From Candidatus Schekmanbacteria bacterium RIFCSPLOWO2_02_FULL_38_14 (GTDB lineage Bacteria > Schekmanbacteria > GWA2-38-11): a DNA stretch of 29,302 nt. The stretch covers positions 79,427 to 108,728 of the forward strand of contig MGDH01000001.1 of assembly GCA_001790855.1 (NCBI GenBank), read 5' to 3'. The position numbers were made by a program, and so were the translations under genes. The notes beneath the pieces are model-generated. The model saw only the letters and a list, made by a program, of their open reading frames with translations, ran no database searches and was not told the origin of the DNA. Numbering within the stretch: the stretch's first letter is position 1; every line of letters begins with the position of its first letter. Of this stretch, positions 18,717 through 28,300 are shown piece after piece.

Positions 18717-19265
18717 ATGGCTAAATTCCCTTCCTTCCTTTCCTTTGTCCTTGACAATCCTATCAGGGCTTTTTTTACGGACAGAAAAAATCTTATTGAG
18801 AAAACAGGCATAAGAGAAGGAATGACAATTCTTGAGGTTGGGTGTGGAAATGGTTTTTTCACTCCATACCTGTCAAAAGCTGTCGGTAAAGATGGAAAGA
18901 TTATTGCCATTGATCTCCAGAAAGAGATGATAGAAAAATTAAGAGGCAAGATAAAAAGAGAGGGTTTGAATCATATGGAGACAATAATCGGTGACATAGG
19001 AGAAATTAACCTTTTACAAACCAGTATTGATTTTATTTTCATTTATTATTGTTACCATGAGCTTGAAGATAAAAATGGAGCAGTTAAAAAGTTTAAAGAT
19101 GTTTTAAAAGAGCAGGGCTCGCTTTTTATAGCTGAACCCAAATTCGAGGTAAAACTTAAGCGGAAAGAGAAAATGAAAAAGCTTCTTCAAAGTGAGGGAT
19201 TTATATTGAGTGAAGAATGGGCAAGTCTTTTTAGTTATTACTTAAGATTCAAGAAAAAGATTTAA
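18717..19265 (+). CDS. class I SAM-dependent methyltransferase
   Basis: Motif I ILEVGCGNGFF, motif II-like KIIAIDL, motif post-I. The track ORF starts at 18630, but ATG 18717 (MAKFPSF...) follows the promoter. Confidence 0.7.
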   Translation: MAKFPSFLSFVLDNPIRAFFTDRKNLIEKTGIREGMTILEVGCGNGFFTPYLSKAVGKDGKIIAIDLQKEMIEKLRGKIKREGLNHMETIIGDIGEINLLQTSIDFIFIYYCYHELEDKNGAVKKFKDVLKEQGSLFIAEPKFEVKLKRKEKMKKLLQSEGFILSEEWASLFSYYLRFKKKI

Positions 19266-19331
19266 ATAAGGGGGGGGTAATGCTCACTCAAAATTTGGGC
19301 TTAAGCAAGAGAGGCTTAAATAAAATTATCA

Positions 19332-21497
19332 TTAGTTTTCAGCTAAAATCTCGGCTATATGCTTAACTTCTATCTTATCTCCTGCCTCCCTGAGTCCGCC
19401 CTTAATCTGCATGATGCATCCCGGGCAGGCTGTCGCAACTGTTGTTGCGCCGGTTTTTCTTATAGTTTCAAGCTTCCTCTCTAAAATCGCTTCAGAAATC
19501 TCAGCGTATTCAAAGGCAAAAGAACCAGCAGCACCGCAACAGTGGCAGGGGAACTCCATTTCTATAAAGTTTAAGCCTTTAACACCTTGCAAAAGCTCGC
19601 GTGGTTCTTCAGTAATCTCAAGGCCTCTATGCAAATGGCAAGAGTCGTGGTAAGTGACTTTTTTGTTACTTATACCCTTTGGCTTATAATTTAAAAATTT
19701 AATGAGGAATTCTGAAAAATCATAGGATTTTTTTGCGAGCGATTCTGCTTCTGCCTTTTGTGTTGGATTGTTTTTTAAAAGCAATGGATATTCATTTCTT
19801 AAAGCCTCAAGGCATGTAGCGCACCCGGTTATTATAAAATCAAAACTTTTTAGAACTTCGATATTCTGAAGAGCCATCTCTTTTGCAGTCCCTGTATCCC
19901 CGCTGTAAAGGACAGGTATTCCGCAGCAGGTTTGCTCAAAGGGAAAAACCGTTTCAACATTTTCCTCTCCAAGGAGTTTTAAAATACTTTTACCAATTTC
20001 AGGATATATGAAATCTATTAAACAGCCTGAGAAAAAAGCTGCCTTGAATTTCGGGTTTTCATTTTTTTTAATAGGATTTTTTTCTAAAATTTCCCTTAGA
20101 GACTCGCGGGCTATTGCTGGCAAATAACGGGACTTTGTGTACTTTGAAAAAAATAGCGGTATATGGCGGAGGGTTGTTCCCCCTTTTATAAAGGGCTTCT
20201 GAAGTTTTGAGGCAGTCTTTATTGCCATGTGAAATAGTTCCCGGTTTTTCATTAATTTTTTAAAAATAACTTTTTTTACCCATGGCAAGCCTTCTTTTTT
20301 AACAATTCTCTCGCGGAGTTTAAGAAGGAGTCTTGGAATATCAATTTTAACAGGACATACTTCTGAGCAAGCCTTGCACCCTGTGCAGGAGAAAGCCATC
20401 TCCCTTGCATTCTCAAGACCGTTAAGAAATGCAGTGAGCACTGCGCCTATCCCTCCCATGTATACATGGCCAAAGACATGCCCTCCAATCTCTTTATATA
20501 CAGGGCAGACATTCAGACATGCACCGCACCTGATGCAGTATAAAGCCTCCCTGAAATCCTCATCTTCATACATCCTGCTTCTGCCATTATCTAAAACTAT
20601 GAGATACACTTCCTTGGGACCGTGGGCTCCAAGGGTTATATTAAGCTCAATATCAGCAGTCCTGCTTGGTCCGGTGATAAAGGAAACATAAGTTGAAATT
20701 TTCTGTCCTGTTGCGCTTATGGTTAAAAGTTTTAAAAGTTTAACCGTTTCCTCCAGTGAAGTGACGAATTTTTCGATTCCTGCTATTGCAACGTGTACAG
20801 GCGGAAAACCTGATACTAACCTTGCATTTCCTTCGTTTGAGACAAGGGTGATTGTCCCTGATTCAGAGATGAGGAAGTTAGCGCCTGTTATTCCCATTCC
20901 TGCATTGCAGAAAAAATTCCTCAATTCGTTGCGGGCAACTTCTACCAGTGTTGAAGGATCTGCTGGAAGCTTTTTACCTGTAACTTGAGAAAAAAGCTTT
21001 GCAATTTCCTCGCATGTCAGATGGATTGCAGGCGCCAGAAGGTGAGATGGTTTTTCGCCTTTTAACTGAACAATCCATTCTCCCAAATCTGTTTCAACAA
21101 CCTTAATTCCTGCATCATTTAATCTTTCATTAAGATTAATTTCTTCAGTAGTCAGAGATTTTGACTTAACAATTAAATCTACATTCTTCTTCTTGGCTAA
21201 ATCTGTTATAAAACCTGATGCCTCTGCTGATGTATTTGCTTTTATTACTCTTCCGCCTACTTTTTCAAATTCACAGGTAAATTTTTTTATATTCTCAAAA
21301 AGATTCTCAAGCCCCTTTTCCCTTATTTTTCTTGCTTCCTTTCTTAACTCCTCAAAATTTTCTATATCCTTTAATGACTTCTTCCTGTTTTCATCAAACC
21401 TTTTTGTTGTTCTCTCAATAGCAAGGCGCTGAGAATCATTTTTCACAGCTTTACTGACTTTTTTGAGATATTCTTTATGGCGTTTTCTGTGAGACAT
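19332..21497 (-). CDS. fused LutB-like (LUD domain, 2x 4Fe-4S) and LutA-like (2x CCG domain) iron-sulfur oxidoreductase, lactate-utilisation type
   Basis: 721 aa. N-terminal LUD/DUF162-like region, ferredoxin motifs CIRCGACLNVCPVY and CTGCKACSEVCPVK, then CCG-type cysteine clusters (FFSGCLIDFIYP...QTCCGIP; YHDSCHLHRG...PCHCCGAAGSF; ACPGCIMQI). Confidence 0.75.
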   Translation of the reverse strand: MSHRKRHKEYLKKVSKAVKNDSQRLAIERTTKRFDENRKKSLKDIENFEELRKEARKIREKGLENLFENIKKFTCEFEKVGGRVIKANTSAEASGFITDLAKKKNVDLIVKSKSLTTEEINLNERLNDAGIKVVETDLGEWIVQLKGEKPSHLLAPAIHLTCEEIAKLFSQVTGKKLPADPSTLVEVARNELRNFFCNAGMGITGANFLISESGTITLVSNEGNARLVSGFPPVHVAIAGIEKFVTSLEETVKLLKLLTISATGQKISTYVSFITGPSRTADIELNITLGAHGPKEVYLIVLDNGRSRMYEDEDFREALYCIRCGACLNVCPVYKEIGGHVFGHVYMGGIGAVLTAFLNGLENAREMAFSCTGCKACSEVCPVKIDIPRLLLKLRERIVKKEGLPWVKKVIFKKLMKNRELFHMAIKTASKLQKPFIKGGTTLRHIPLFFSKYTKSRYLPAIARESLREILEKNPIKKNENPKFKAAFFSGCLIDFIYPEIGKSILKLLGEENVETVFPFEQTCCGIPVLYSGDTGTAKEMALQNIEVLKSFDFIITGCATCLEALRNEYPLLLKNNPTQKAEAESLAKKSYDFSEFLIKFLNYKPKGISNKKVTYHDSCHLHRGLEITEEPRELLQGVKGLNFIEMEFPCHCCGAAGSFAFEYAEISEAILERKLETIRKTGATTVATACPGCIMQIKGGLREAGDKIEVKHIAEILAEN

Positions 21498-21639
21498 GTT
21501 TTTATCTTATTCCTTAATTTATTATTTCTTCAAGATATTTCTATTGAAAAATTTTTCAAATAGTGTCTTAAGGAAAGAAATTTTATAAGAAAGTGTTTGT
21601 TGTGCTGAAAAGAGAGCTTTGTTTTTGCGGAGGTAGTTT

Positions 21640-22098
21640 ATGAATAACTTAAAATTAAACCAGTTACACCCCGGGAGCAAGATTATCCTGATTTCTTTTT
21701 TTGTCCTGATTCTTGTAGGACTGTTGCTGTCAATGAGTACGGCAAGCAAAACTGTCAAGATTCGCCAGGAAAAGGCAAAAACCCTTGGTGTAAAGTATGA
21801 TGATTTTTTTGATGAGGATGATAAGTTTCTGCACTTCAAGGATGCTCATGTCCATCTTTTCGGACATGCTCTTGTCTACTTGTCTGTAGCTACTGTTTTC
21901 TGCTTTTCAGGGGCAAAGGAGGTTTATAAGATTTTAACCGGGGTAATTATGCTTATCACCCTTCTTGTCCATACTTATGCTTTAATAAATTTAAAAATTC
22001 CCATTGAGATAGTGGCAATGGTGGTTTATACATTACTTTTAATATATATGATGCTTAGTTCTGTTATAGCAATGTACAGAAAAGAAGGTAAGGATTAA
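21640..22098 (+). CDS. hypothetical integral membrane protein (about 4 TM)
   Basis: Strong RBS GGAGG 8 nt before the ATG. Hydrophobic segments (IILISFFVLILVGLLL; ALVYLSVATVFCF; ILTGVIMLITLLV; IEIVAMVVYTLLLIYMMLSSVI) and a His-rich loop DAHVHLFGHA. Confidence 0.55.
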   Translation: MNNLKLNQLHPGSKIILISFFVLILVGLLLSMSTASKTVKIRQEKAKTLGVKYDDFFDEDDKFLHFKDAHVHLFGHALVYLSVATVFCFSGAKEVYKILTGVIMLITLLVHTYALINLKIPIEIVAMVVYTLLLIYMMLSSVIAMYRKEGKD

Positions 22099-22182
22099 GA
22101 AAAAACTTAATCCTTCATTTTTAATACTTAAGAGGTTGTAGAAAATCTCCAATCAAGGTTAAATTGCATATAACAACTATTT

Positions 22183-22235
22183 GTAGAAACAGACCTTTAG
22201 GTCTGTTAATAACTGGTCTAAAGACCAGTTTCTAC
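22183..22235. repeat. nested palindrome: outer 8-bp stem GTAGAAAC/GTTTCTAC enclosing two 6-bp hairpins CAGACC-ttta-GGTCTG and CTGGTC-taaa-GACCAG
   Basis: Read directly and followed by ATTTTCC. Could act as a Y-shaped terminator for the upstream membrane gene or as a regulatory structure. Confidence 0.6.
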
Positions 22236-22273
22236 ATTTTCCAACAGTCTATTAATACTTGAAAAAACAGATT

Positions 22274-23080
22274 ATGCGTTTAGGCTTCTCAACACACTAC
22301 TACGTTTACGAGTCTCTTGATACAGCCCATATTGATGAAATAAAATCACTCGGGTATAAGGAAGTTGAACTGTGGGGAATGGCACCAAATATTGACCTCA
22401 GGGACAAAGAAAGAATTGAGAGGGTTAAATATTGTTTGGAAAAAAATGGAATAAGAGCAGCCTCATTCCACGGACCTCTCTACCGAAGAATATCTGACTC
22501 TCCTGCAAGAGAATGGCTTTATCTGTCATCATCTGATGAACATAAGAGAGAAGAATCTGTTAGCAGGAATCTTGAAATAATCAGTTTGATGGCTGACTTT
22601 AATTCCTCAATACTTGTAATCCATTTTGACCTTGAAGAAGGGGCGATGATTTCCAGGGCATTTGATAATTTCAGAAAAAGCATTGATGTGATTCTCTGCA
22701 AAAACCCAAAAAAAGGAATAAGAATTGCAATTGAAAATACTAACGAACATACCACTTCAGGAAAGCTTATGGATTTTATCAGGGACTATCCGTCAAAAGA
22801 TGTTGGAATCTGTCTTGATTTGGGGCATGCAAACATGTACGAAAACCCCTGTGACGCAATAAAAATCTGCGGTAAAAGACTGATTCACACCCATTTATCT
22901 GACAATGATGGAAAGGGAGATTTACATCTTATTCCTGGCAAAGGGAATATTGACTGGAAAAAAGTCACAAAGACTGCCTCTGAAATCGGATACAATGGAC
23001 TTCTGATGTTAGAAATCAGGAAAGAAGCAAGCCTTGAATATCTTGAAGCAGAAAAAATAAAAGCAATCCTTGGTATCTAA
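22274..23080 (+). CDS. sugar phosphate isomerase/epimerase, xylose-isomerase-like TIM barrel (AP endonuclease 2 fold)
   Basis: Typical features: VELWG start region, IRIAIENT, ICLDLGHAN, IHTHLSDN, LEIR. These are the metal-binding E/D/H/E positions of the family. ATG 22274 is preferred over the track's TTG 22259. Confidence 0.75.
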   Translation: MRLGFSTHYYVYESLDTAHIDEIKSLGYKEVELWGMAPNIDLRDKERIERVKYCLEKNGIRAASFHGPLYRRISDSPAREWLYLSSSDEHKREESVSRNLEIISLMADFNSSILVIHFDLEEGAMISRAFDNFRKSIDVILCKNPKKGIRIAIENTNEHTTSGKLMDFIRDYPSKDVGICLDLGHANMYENPCDAIKICGKRLIHTHLSDNDGKGDLHLIPGKGNIDWKKVTKTASEIGYNGLLMLEIRKEASLEYLEAEKIKAILGI

Positions 23081-23210
23081 GAAAGTCTTATGCGTGTCAT
23101 TGCGCGTGAGTGCAATTGTCAAAACAATCTCTTCATAAGAAAATTTTGATACTCATATATTCTGCTTGTTTGCTGATAGGTGAAATGGTTACCTTGAATT
23201 TCTAACGGGG

Positions 23211-23239
23211 TTGACAACAAAAGGATATTGATTTATAAT
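23211..23239 (+). promoter_or_regulatory. perfect consensus sigma-70 promoter TTGACA-N17-TATAAT, with a solo family-B half repeat (ATTTCTAACGGGGT, 23198-23211) abutting the -35
   Basis: TTGACA 23211-23216, 17-nt spacer, TATAAT 23234-23239. Leaves a leader of about 118 nt before ATG 23363. Confidence 0.5.
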
Positions 23240-23362
23240 TAAACTTTCAATGTTAGAAATGTATAAACGTTCTGAAGAGCTTTGGGAATTCTCAGAGAAT
23301 AAAGAGAATAGACTTTTATCACTTTTTCTATATATCAAGAATTTTTCTAAAGGGAAAATACT

Positions 23363-25009
23363 ATGAAAATGCTGCTTACATCTATTTTTGGCCCATTTGG
23401 CGTTGATGATCAATATGGTGAAAAAGAAAATAAAATGGAGTTATTCCATAATCAGGTAACGCGGGAACAAGGTGTTTTTTCGTATCGCTTCAACCATGCC
23501 AGTCACGGTCTGTATTTTATCGCAGAAAACATAGACGTTCCAACTACGGTGCTGGATTTTCCGACGCTGAGGCGTTTCAAAAAGGAATTGAAAAAGGGGT
23601 ATGATTATATAGGCATAAGTTTTATTGTGTCGAATTTTGAAAAAGCCAAGAAGATGGCGCAACTTGTCCGGGAAATCTCGCCTGATTCAAAAATTGTATT
23701 AGGGGGACACGGCGTTAATATACCAAATATTGAAAATATGATCGAGCATGATTTTATCTGCTACGGTGAAGGTCTTGGCTTTTTGAGGAATCTTTTTAAC
23801 GAAGACCAGAACAAACCAATAAAACACCCCCTGTCATACAGCTCATTCAATCGTGAAGTCATGGGAGTGCCCTGGGCAGCAAATGGCGGTATTTTAATAA
23901 CAGGAGTCGGATGTTCGAATAAATGCCGTTTTTGCTCTACGTCTCATTTTTTTGGTGAATACATTCCGTACTTAAAAACAGGAAAAGAAATTTTTGATGT
24001 TTGCTGCGAATATGAAGACAAACTCGGCATAACTGATTTTGGGGTTCTTGATGAAAACTTTCTGAAATCCAAGGATCGCGCGCTTGAGTTATTAGAAATA
24101 ATGGAGAAGGAAGGACGATATTTTGCATTTGCTATTTTCAGTTCAGCAGAAACCTTGGCTGATATCGGAGATCTCGACATACTTGTGCGGCTGGGTATTA
24201 ATTTCATCTGGATCGGGGTTGAATCAAAAAAGGAAATATATGAAAAAAACAAGGGAACAGACTTTCATAACCTTTTCAAAGAACTTAAGAGAAGAGGCAT
24301 TTCGGTTATGGCTTCTGCCATCCTTTTTCTGGAAGACCATGACAAGGAAACAATTTGGGATGATATAAAATTTGTAACGTCCTTAAATCCTGATTATCTT
24401 CAGTTTATGCAGCTGGTACCAGTTCCGGGGACGACGCTTTATAAAAATTATAAAGAGAAAGAAAAACTCCTTCCTGATGTTCCGCTTCTTACTCAACACG
24501 GGCAGAAGAATATTTGCTTTCATCATGAGCACTTCACTCCTGATGAATCAAATGAATTTCTCAAGGAAGCTTTTATTTTTGACTACCAAAAGAACGGTCC
24601 GTCTTTAATCCGGGCAATACAGACATCACTACAGGGTTATGAATATTGCATTAATCATACGGATCCAAGAATAAAGCTAAGGGTTGGTAAATTTAAATCA
24701 ATGCTGGAAATGATGAGGTGTTTTCTTTTTGGTTCGAGAATATTTTGTCAAAATGATGTAACAAAAAATATGCTTGCTGAAATTAGAAAAACTTATAACA
24801 AACTCCTGGGAAAAACTAGCATTAAGACATTTGCTTTATCGCTGATATTTACCCTGTTTTCTGTTAAAGAGTATTTAAGAATTACTTTTTTTACAGATGT
24901 GAGGCAACCAAAAACATTTTATAAGAAAATAGATAAAAGCATATTGAAATCTGCAGAACAGGAAACTGCACCTGACGGCAATTACGCTTCCCTCCAATGC
25001 GAAAGATGA
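23363..25009 (+). CDS. cobalamin (B12)-binding domain radical SAM enzyme (class B radical SAM, BchE/HpnJ/P-methylase-like architecture)
   Basis: N-terminal B12-binding-like Rossmann region (IGISFIVSNFEKAKKMAQLVREISPDSKIVLGGHG). Radical SAM cluster motif GCSNKCRFCS (CxxxCxxC) then a TIM-barrel core. 548 aa. Confidence 0.8.
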   Translation: MKMLLTSIFGPFGVDDQYGEKENKMELFHNQVTREQGVFSYRFNHASHGLYFIAENIDVPTTVLDFPTLRRFKKELKKGYDYIGISFIVSNFEKAKKMAQLVREISPDSKIVLGGHGVNIPNIENMIEHDFICYGEGLGFLRNLFNEDQNKPIKHPLSYSSFNREVMGVPWAANGGILITGVGCSNKCRFCSTSHFFGEYIPYLKTGKEIFDVCCEYEDKLGITDFGVLDENFLKSKDRALELLEIMEKEGRYFAFAIFSSAETLADIGDLDILVRLGINFIWIGVESKKEIYEKNKGTDFHNLFKELKRRGISVMASAILFLEDHDKETIWDDIKFVTSLNPDYLQFMQLVPVPGTTLYKNYKEKEKLLPDVPLLTQHGQKNICFHHEHFTPDESNEFLKEAFIFDYQKNGPSLIRAIQTSLQGYEYCINHTDPRIKLRVGKFKSMLEMMRCFLFGSRIFCQNDVTKNMLAEIRKTYNKLLGKTSIKTFALSLIFTLFSVKEYLRITFFTDVRQPKTFYKKIDKSILKSAEQETAPDGNYASLQCER

Positions 25010-25010
25010 A

Positions 25011-25081
25011 CCCCGCTTCACAGCTTTACCCCTCACTGTAAAAGTGCGGGGTTTACACTCGTGGCTTCCTGTGGAGCGGGG
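25011..25081. repeat. GC-rich nested hairpins immediately after the rSAM stop (AACCCCGC...GCGGGGTT; CCCCGCTTCACAG...CTGTGGAGCGGGG)
   Basis: Inverted repeats read directly. Likely transcription terminator or REP-like element. Confidence 0.5.
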
Positions 25082-25184
25082 TGAACTTAAACCTGACTCA
25101 ACGCTTCGCTATCGCTCGTAATGTTGTTTAAGAGGATTTTTCCAGAAATTTCTCAAAGATAGTTCTGAAAAAGTCCATAGAAAG

Positions 25185-25238
25185 TCATTGCCTGCCTACC
25201 GCAGGCAGGCGATGAGCGATAGCGACGTGGCAATCTCA
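25185..25238. repeat. family-A palindromic repeat copy (GTCATTGC-CTGCCTACCGCAGGCAGG-CGATGAGCGATAGCGACGTG-GCAAT)
   Basis: Its first 26 nt are identical to the copy at 1048-1073. A partner arm CGCTTCGCTATCGCTCGTAATG lies at 25101-25121. Confidence 0.6.
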
Positions 25239-25359
25239 TATCATTCAGTATAATCATCATCATATTTTTATTGACAACTTATGCAGTTTTAGATTTGCTT
25301 TCTTTTGTCTTATAAAGTTTCACTGCCAAAAAATATCTCTTTCTTCATGAGGTATTAAA

Positions 25360-28300
25360 ATGAAAGCTGCGGGATTAAAAACAGGGTTTATTATATCTAT
25401 TTTTTTTATAATCCTGCTCTGTCCTTTCAGGCTTTTTGCCTCAGGTCCACCTGTGAGCGGGCTTCAGGTAACATTCAGTTCAGGGGTTGACCCCTATGGT
25501 AATTCGAGAATAGATGTTGATATTAGCTGGAGTCCATGGGTTTTAATGATTCAGTGTAGCCCAAACAGCCCGCCAAAAAACGCGCTGATGGAATATGTTG
25601 TTACAATTGCTACTTCAAGAGAGGTAAAGAACTGTATAAGTGGTGGCGTATCAGGAGGCGGATTTTTAAAAACCAATGAAACTAGTTATCATACCTCAAT
25701 TTCCCCCGATGCACTTTATTTTAGTGTATCAGTTTGTGCTATTCATATTTTGGAAAACTGTCAGGGCTCTACATGCTCTCCTTCTGCAGAATGGTCACAT
25801 ACTTTTTCATGTGATTACGTAGACCTTCCAAATATGCCCCATGATAACTGTACCACAAAGCTCGGGACTGCCGGAGAACCAGTAAATGTTTTTAATGGGC
25901 AGATGTATGTTACCCATACGGATTTCACTCTTCCAGGGAGAGGTCTTGACCTTAGTTTTACCCGCACTTATTCAAACAGGTTTCAAATACCTTCGCAAAG
26001 CACTCTGGTAGTATCAGGGAGTAAATCGCGCGGAGAGGCAAAATATATTGAAAGGACTAGGGTAGGGTGCCTTGTAGGTGGATATCCTTTTTCTCCTTTA
26101 ACTTTGGATAATCTTAGCAATGGAATTCCTGTTGGATACGGATGGACACACAGCTTAAGCCAGCATCTTGATTTCCTCCTTGATGGCAAGATGATAAAAT
26201 ACTTTGATGAGAACGGAACAAGTCAGTATTTTAATCAATACAAGAATGGCTCCACTGATACTTTTTATTCTCCAGCACAAAGCTGGACAACTTCAACACT
26301 TGTCAAAAACCAGGATGACACATATACAATTTCAAAAGAGGATTTACATTATAGGTTTGATTCAAGTGGCAGGCTCATAGAAATATCTGATTCTTATTCA
26401 AACCAAATATTCTTGGTATATGATGGGTCAGGCAACTTAACGACAGCTATTGATACCCTTGGCAGACAGATTACCTTTCAGTATGATGCAAACAAAAGGC
26501 TTACAAGCATCGCCGGTCCTGACGGCACGCTTGCAAGTTATGAGTATTCCCCTTTGGGGCTTCTGACAAAAGCAATCTATTCTGATAATACGAATATAAC
26601 TTACCAGTACGGCGATCCTTATGATAATATGAACCTTACAAAAATAATTGACCAGAACGGGCATAGCTATAACTACACTTATGATAATCTCGACAGAGTA
26701 ACAGAGGTTACACGTGACAATTCAAATGAGAAAATAACCTTTTCCGACTATAATACCATAAAGCCTTATTACTACTTCTATCCTCCTGATGCACCTGTAA
26801 TGTCAGCTCCAATTCAGACTACAACAGTAACCAACTCCCGCGGATATACAACAACCTATAGCTATATAACAAAAGGTAACGGATTTGAAGGCAATGGTCT
26901 TCCTTTAATGTATCAGATTTCAGGTGTTGGATGCTCAAGCTGTTCAGAAGGGAATCAGACAAATATCTGGGCTCCTGATGGAAATATGGTTAGCTCAACA
27001 GATGCAAGCGGAATGACCACAAAATACGAAAATTACGATTCAAGAGGCAATCCTGCAATCATTAAAAAAGCCTATGGAACCTCTGATGAACAGAATGAAT
27101 CCTACACATACCACCCGGTGCTGAACAGACCCATTTCTGTTACAAGGCGAAGTGTCTTAAACTCAGGCTTTAATAAGGTAACCATCTTTGACTATGACAA
27201 CGACTACGACAATATTCCAAATGAAAACCCTACATTCAGAATCTCAAGATTTGTTGAAAAGGGACTTGCAAAAAACGAAAATGGCGAAACAGAAGCCTAT
27301 GAATATGTTACAACTTATAATTACAACTCACTCGGACAGTTGCTTTCAGTTGATGGTCCAAGAACAGATGTGTCCGATGTTACAACATTTACATATTACC
27401 CTGATGACCCATTCTATGGTTACAACCGTTCCCGGCTTTTTCAGATAATAGACCCTTCAGGAAATATTTACGCCTATTCAAACTACGATATCTACAGCAA
27501 CCCCGGACAGGTTATTGATGCGAACAATGTTGCGACCAATTATACATATGATTCAAGAGGAAGATTAAAAACCATCCTTATAGAAACCAGCCTGACACAG
27601 ATTTTTTATGATCCAAAAGGAAATGTTGATTATATAATTCTACCCGAAGGCAATATCGTTGACTATACCTATGATGTTGTTGACAGATTAACAGGAATTA
27701 CAAAAATCTCTTCAGGCTCTGCTCCAATTGAATCAATCACCTATACATACGACACAGAGGGAAACAAAACCTCAGAAACCATCAGGGCAGGGGATATAAA
27801 TGGCACAATAAAAAGCCATTCCGATTTTGAATATGACCAGTGGAATAAACTGACAAAAATTATTCCTTCTGCTGATAGCCCTTCAAAGTTTTTTAAATTT
27901 TTCAATCTCCCAAATGGACCTGTTTCAAAAGAAAAAGATGGCAATACAACAGACGGCCTCTGGTCAGCAGAGTACATCTATGATTCCATGCTGAGATTAA
28001 AGCAGATAAAAAACCTTCCCGCTAATTTCATCACCGGCTTTCAGTACGATTCCCAGAATAATCTGACGCAGATAACGGACGCCAATGGCAACGCCACTAA
28101 TTACACCTATGATGATATGGGAAGGCTTGTAAGGACCCAGTCTCCTGATACAGGAGTTACTTCCTATAGCTACGATTCAGCAGGCAACCTGATTTCAAAA
28201 ACCGACGCAAAGGGTGTTACTGCAAGCTATACTTTCGATTCAGCAAACCGTTTAACAAATATTGACCTTCCGGGAACAAATGATGATATAATATTCTCCT

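Noticed and set aside
21522-21839. 105-aa minus-strand ORF
   Set aside because: Overlaps the divergent promoter region and the 5' end of the membrane-protein gene, which has a strong RBS. Lys/Phe-rich AT-driven ORF with no start context.
23240-23362. Cobalamin riboswitch in the leader of the B12-dependent radical SAM gene
   Set aside because: The leader is about 118 nt and lacks the conserved B12-box (rAGYCMGgAgaCCkGCc). It is too short for the aptamer. Not supported.
23363-25009. Initial impression that the radical SAM gene is CpG-enriched or has foreign codon usage
   Set aside because: A quick count gave about 1 CG per 25-40 nt in both this gene and gyrA/kinase genes, so the CpG claim is not supported. 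Only a modest GC elevation remains (43-50% against 35-42%), which needs a proper windowed calculation.
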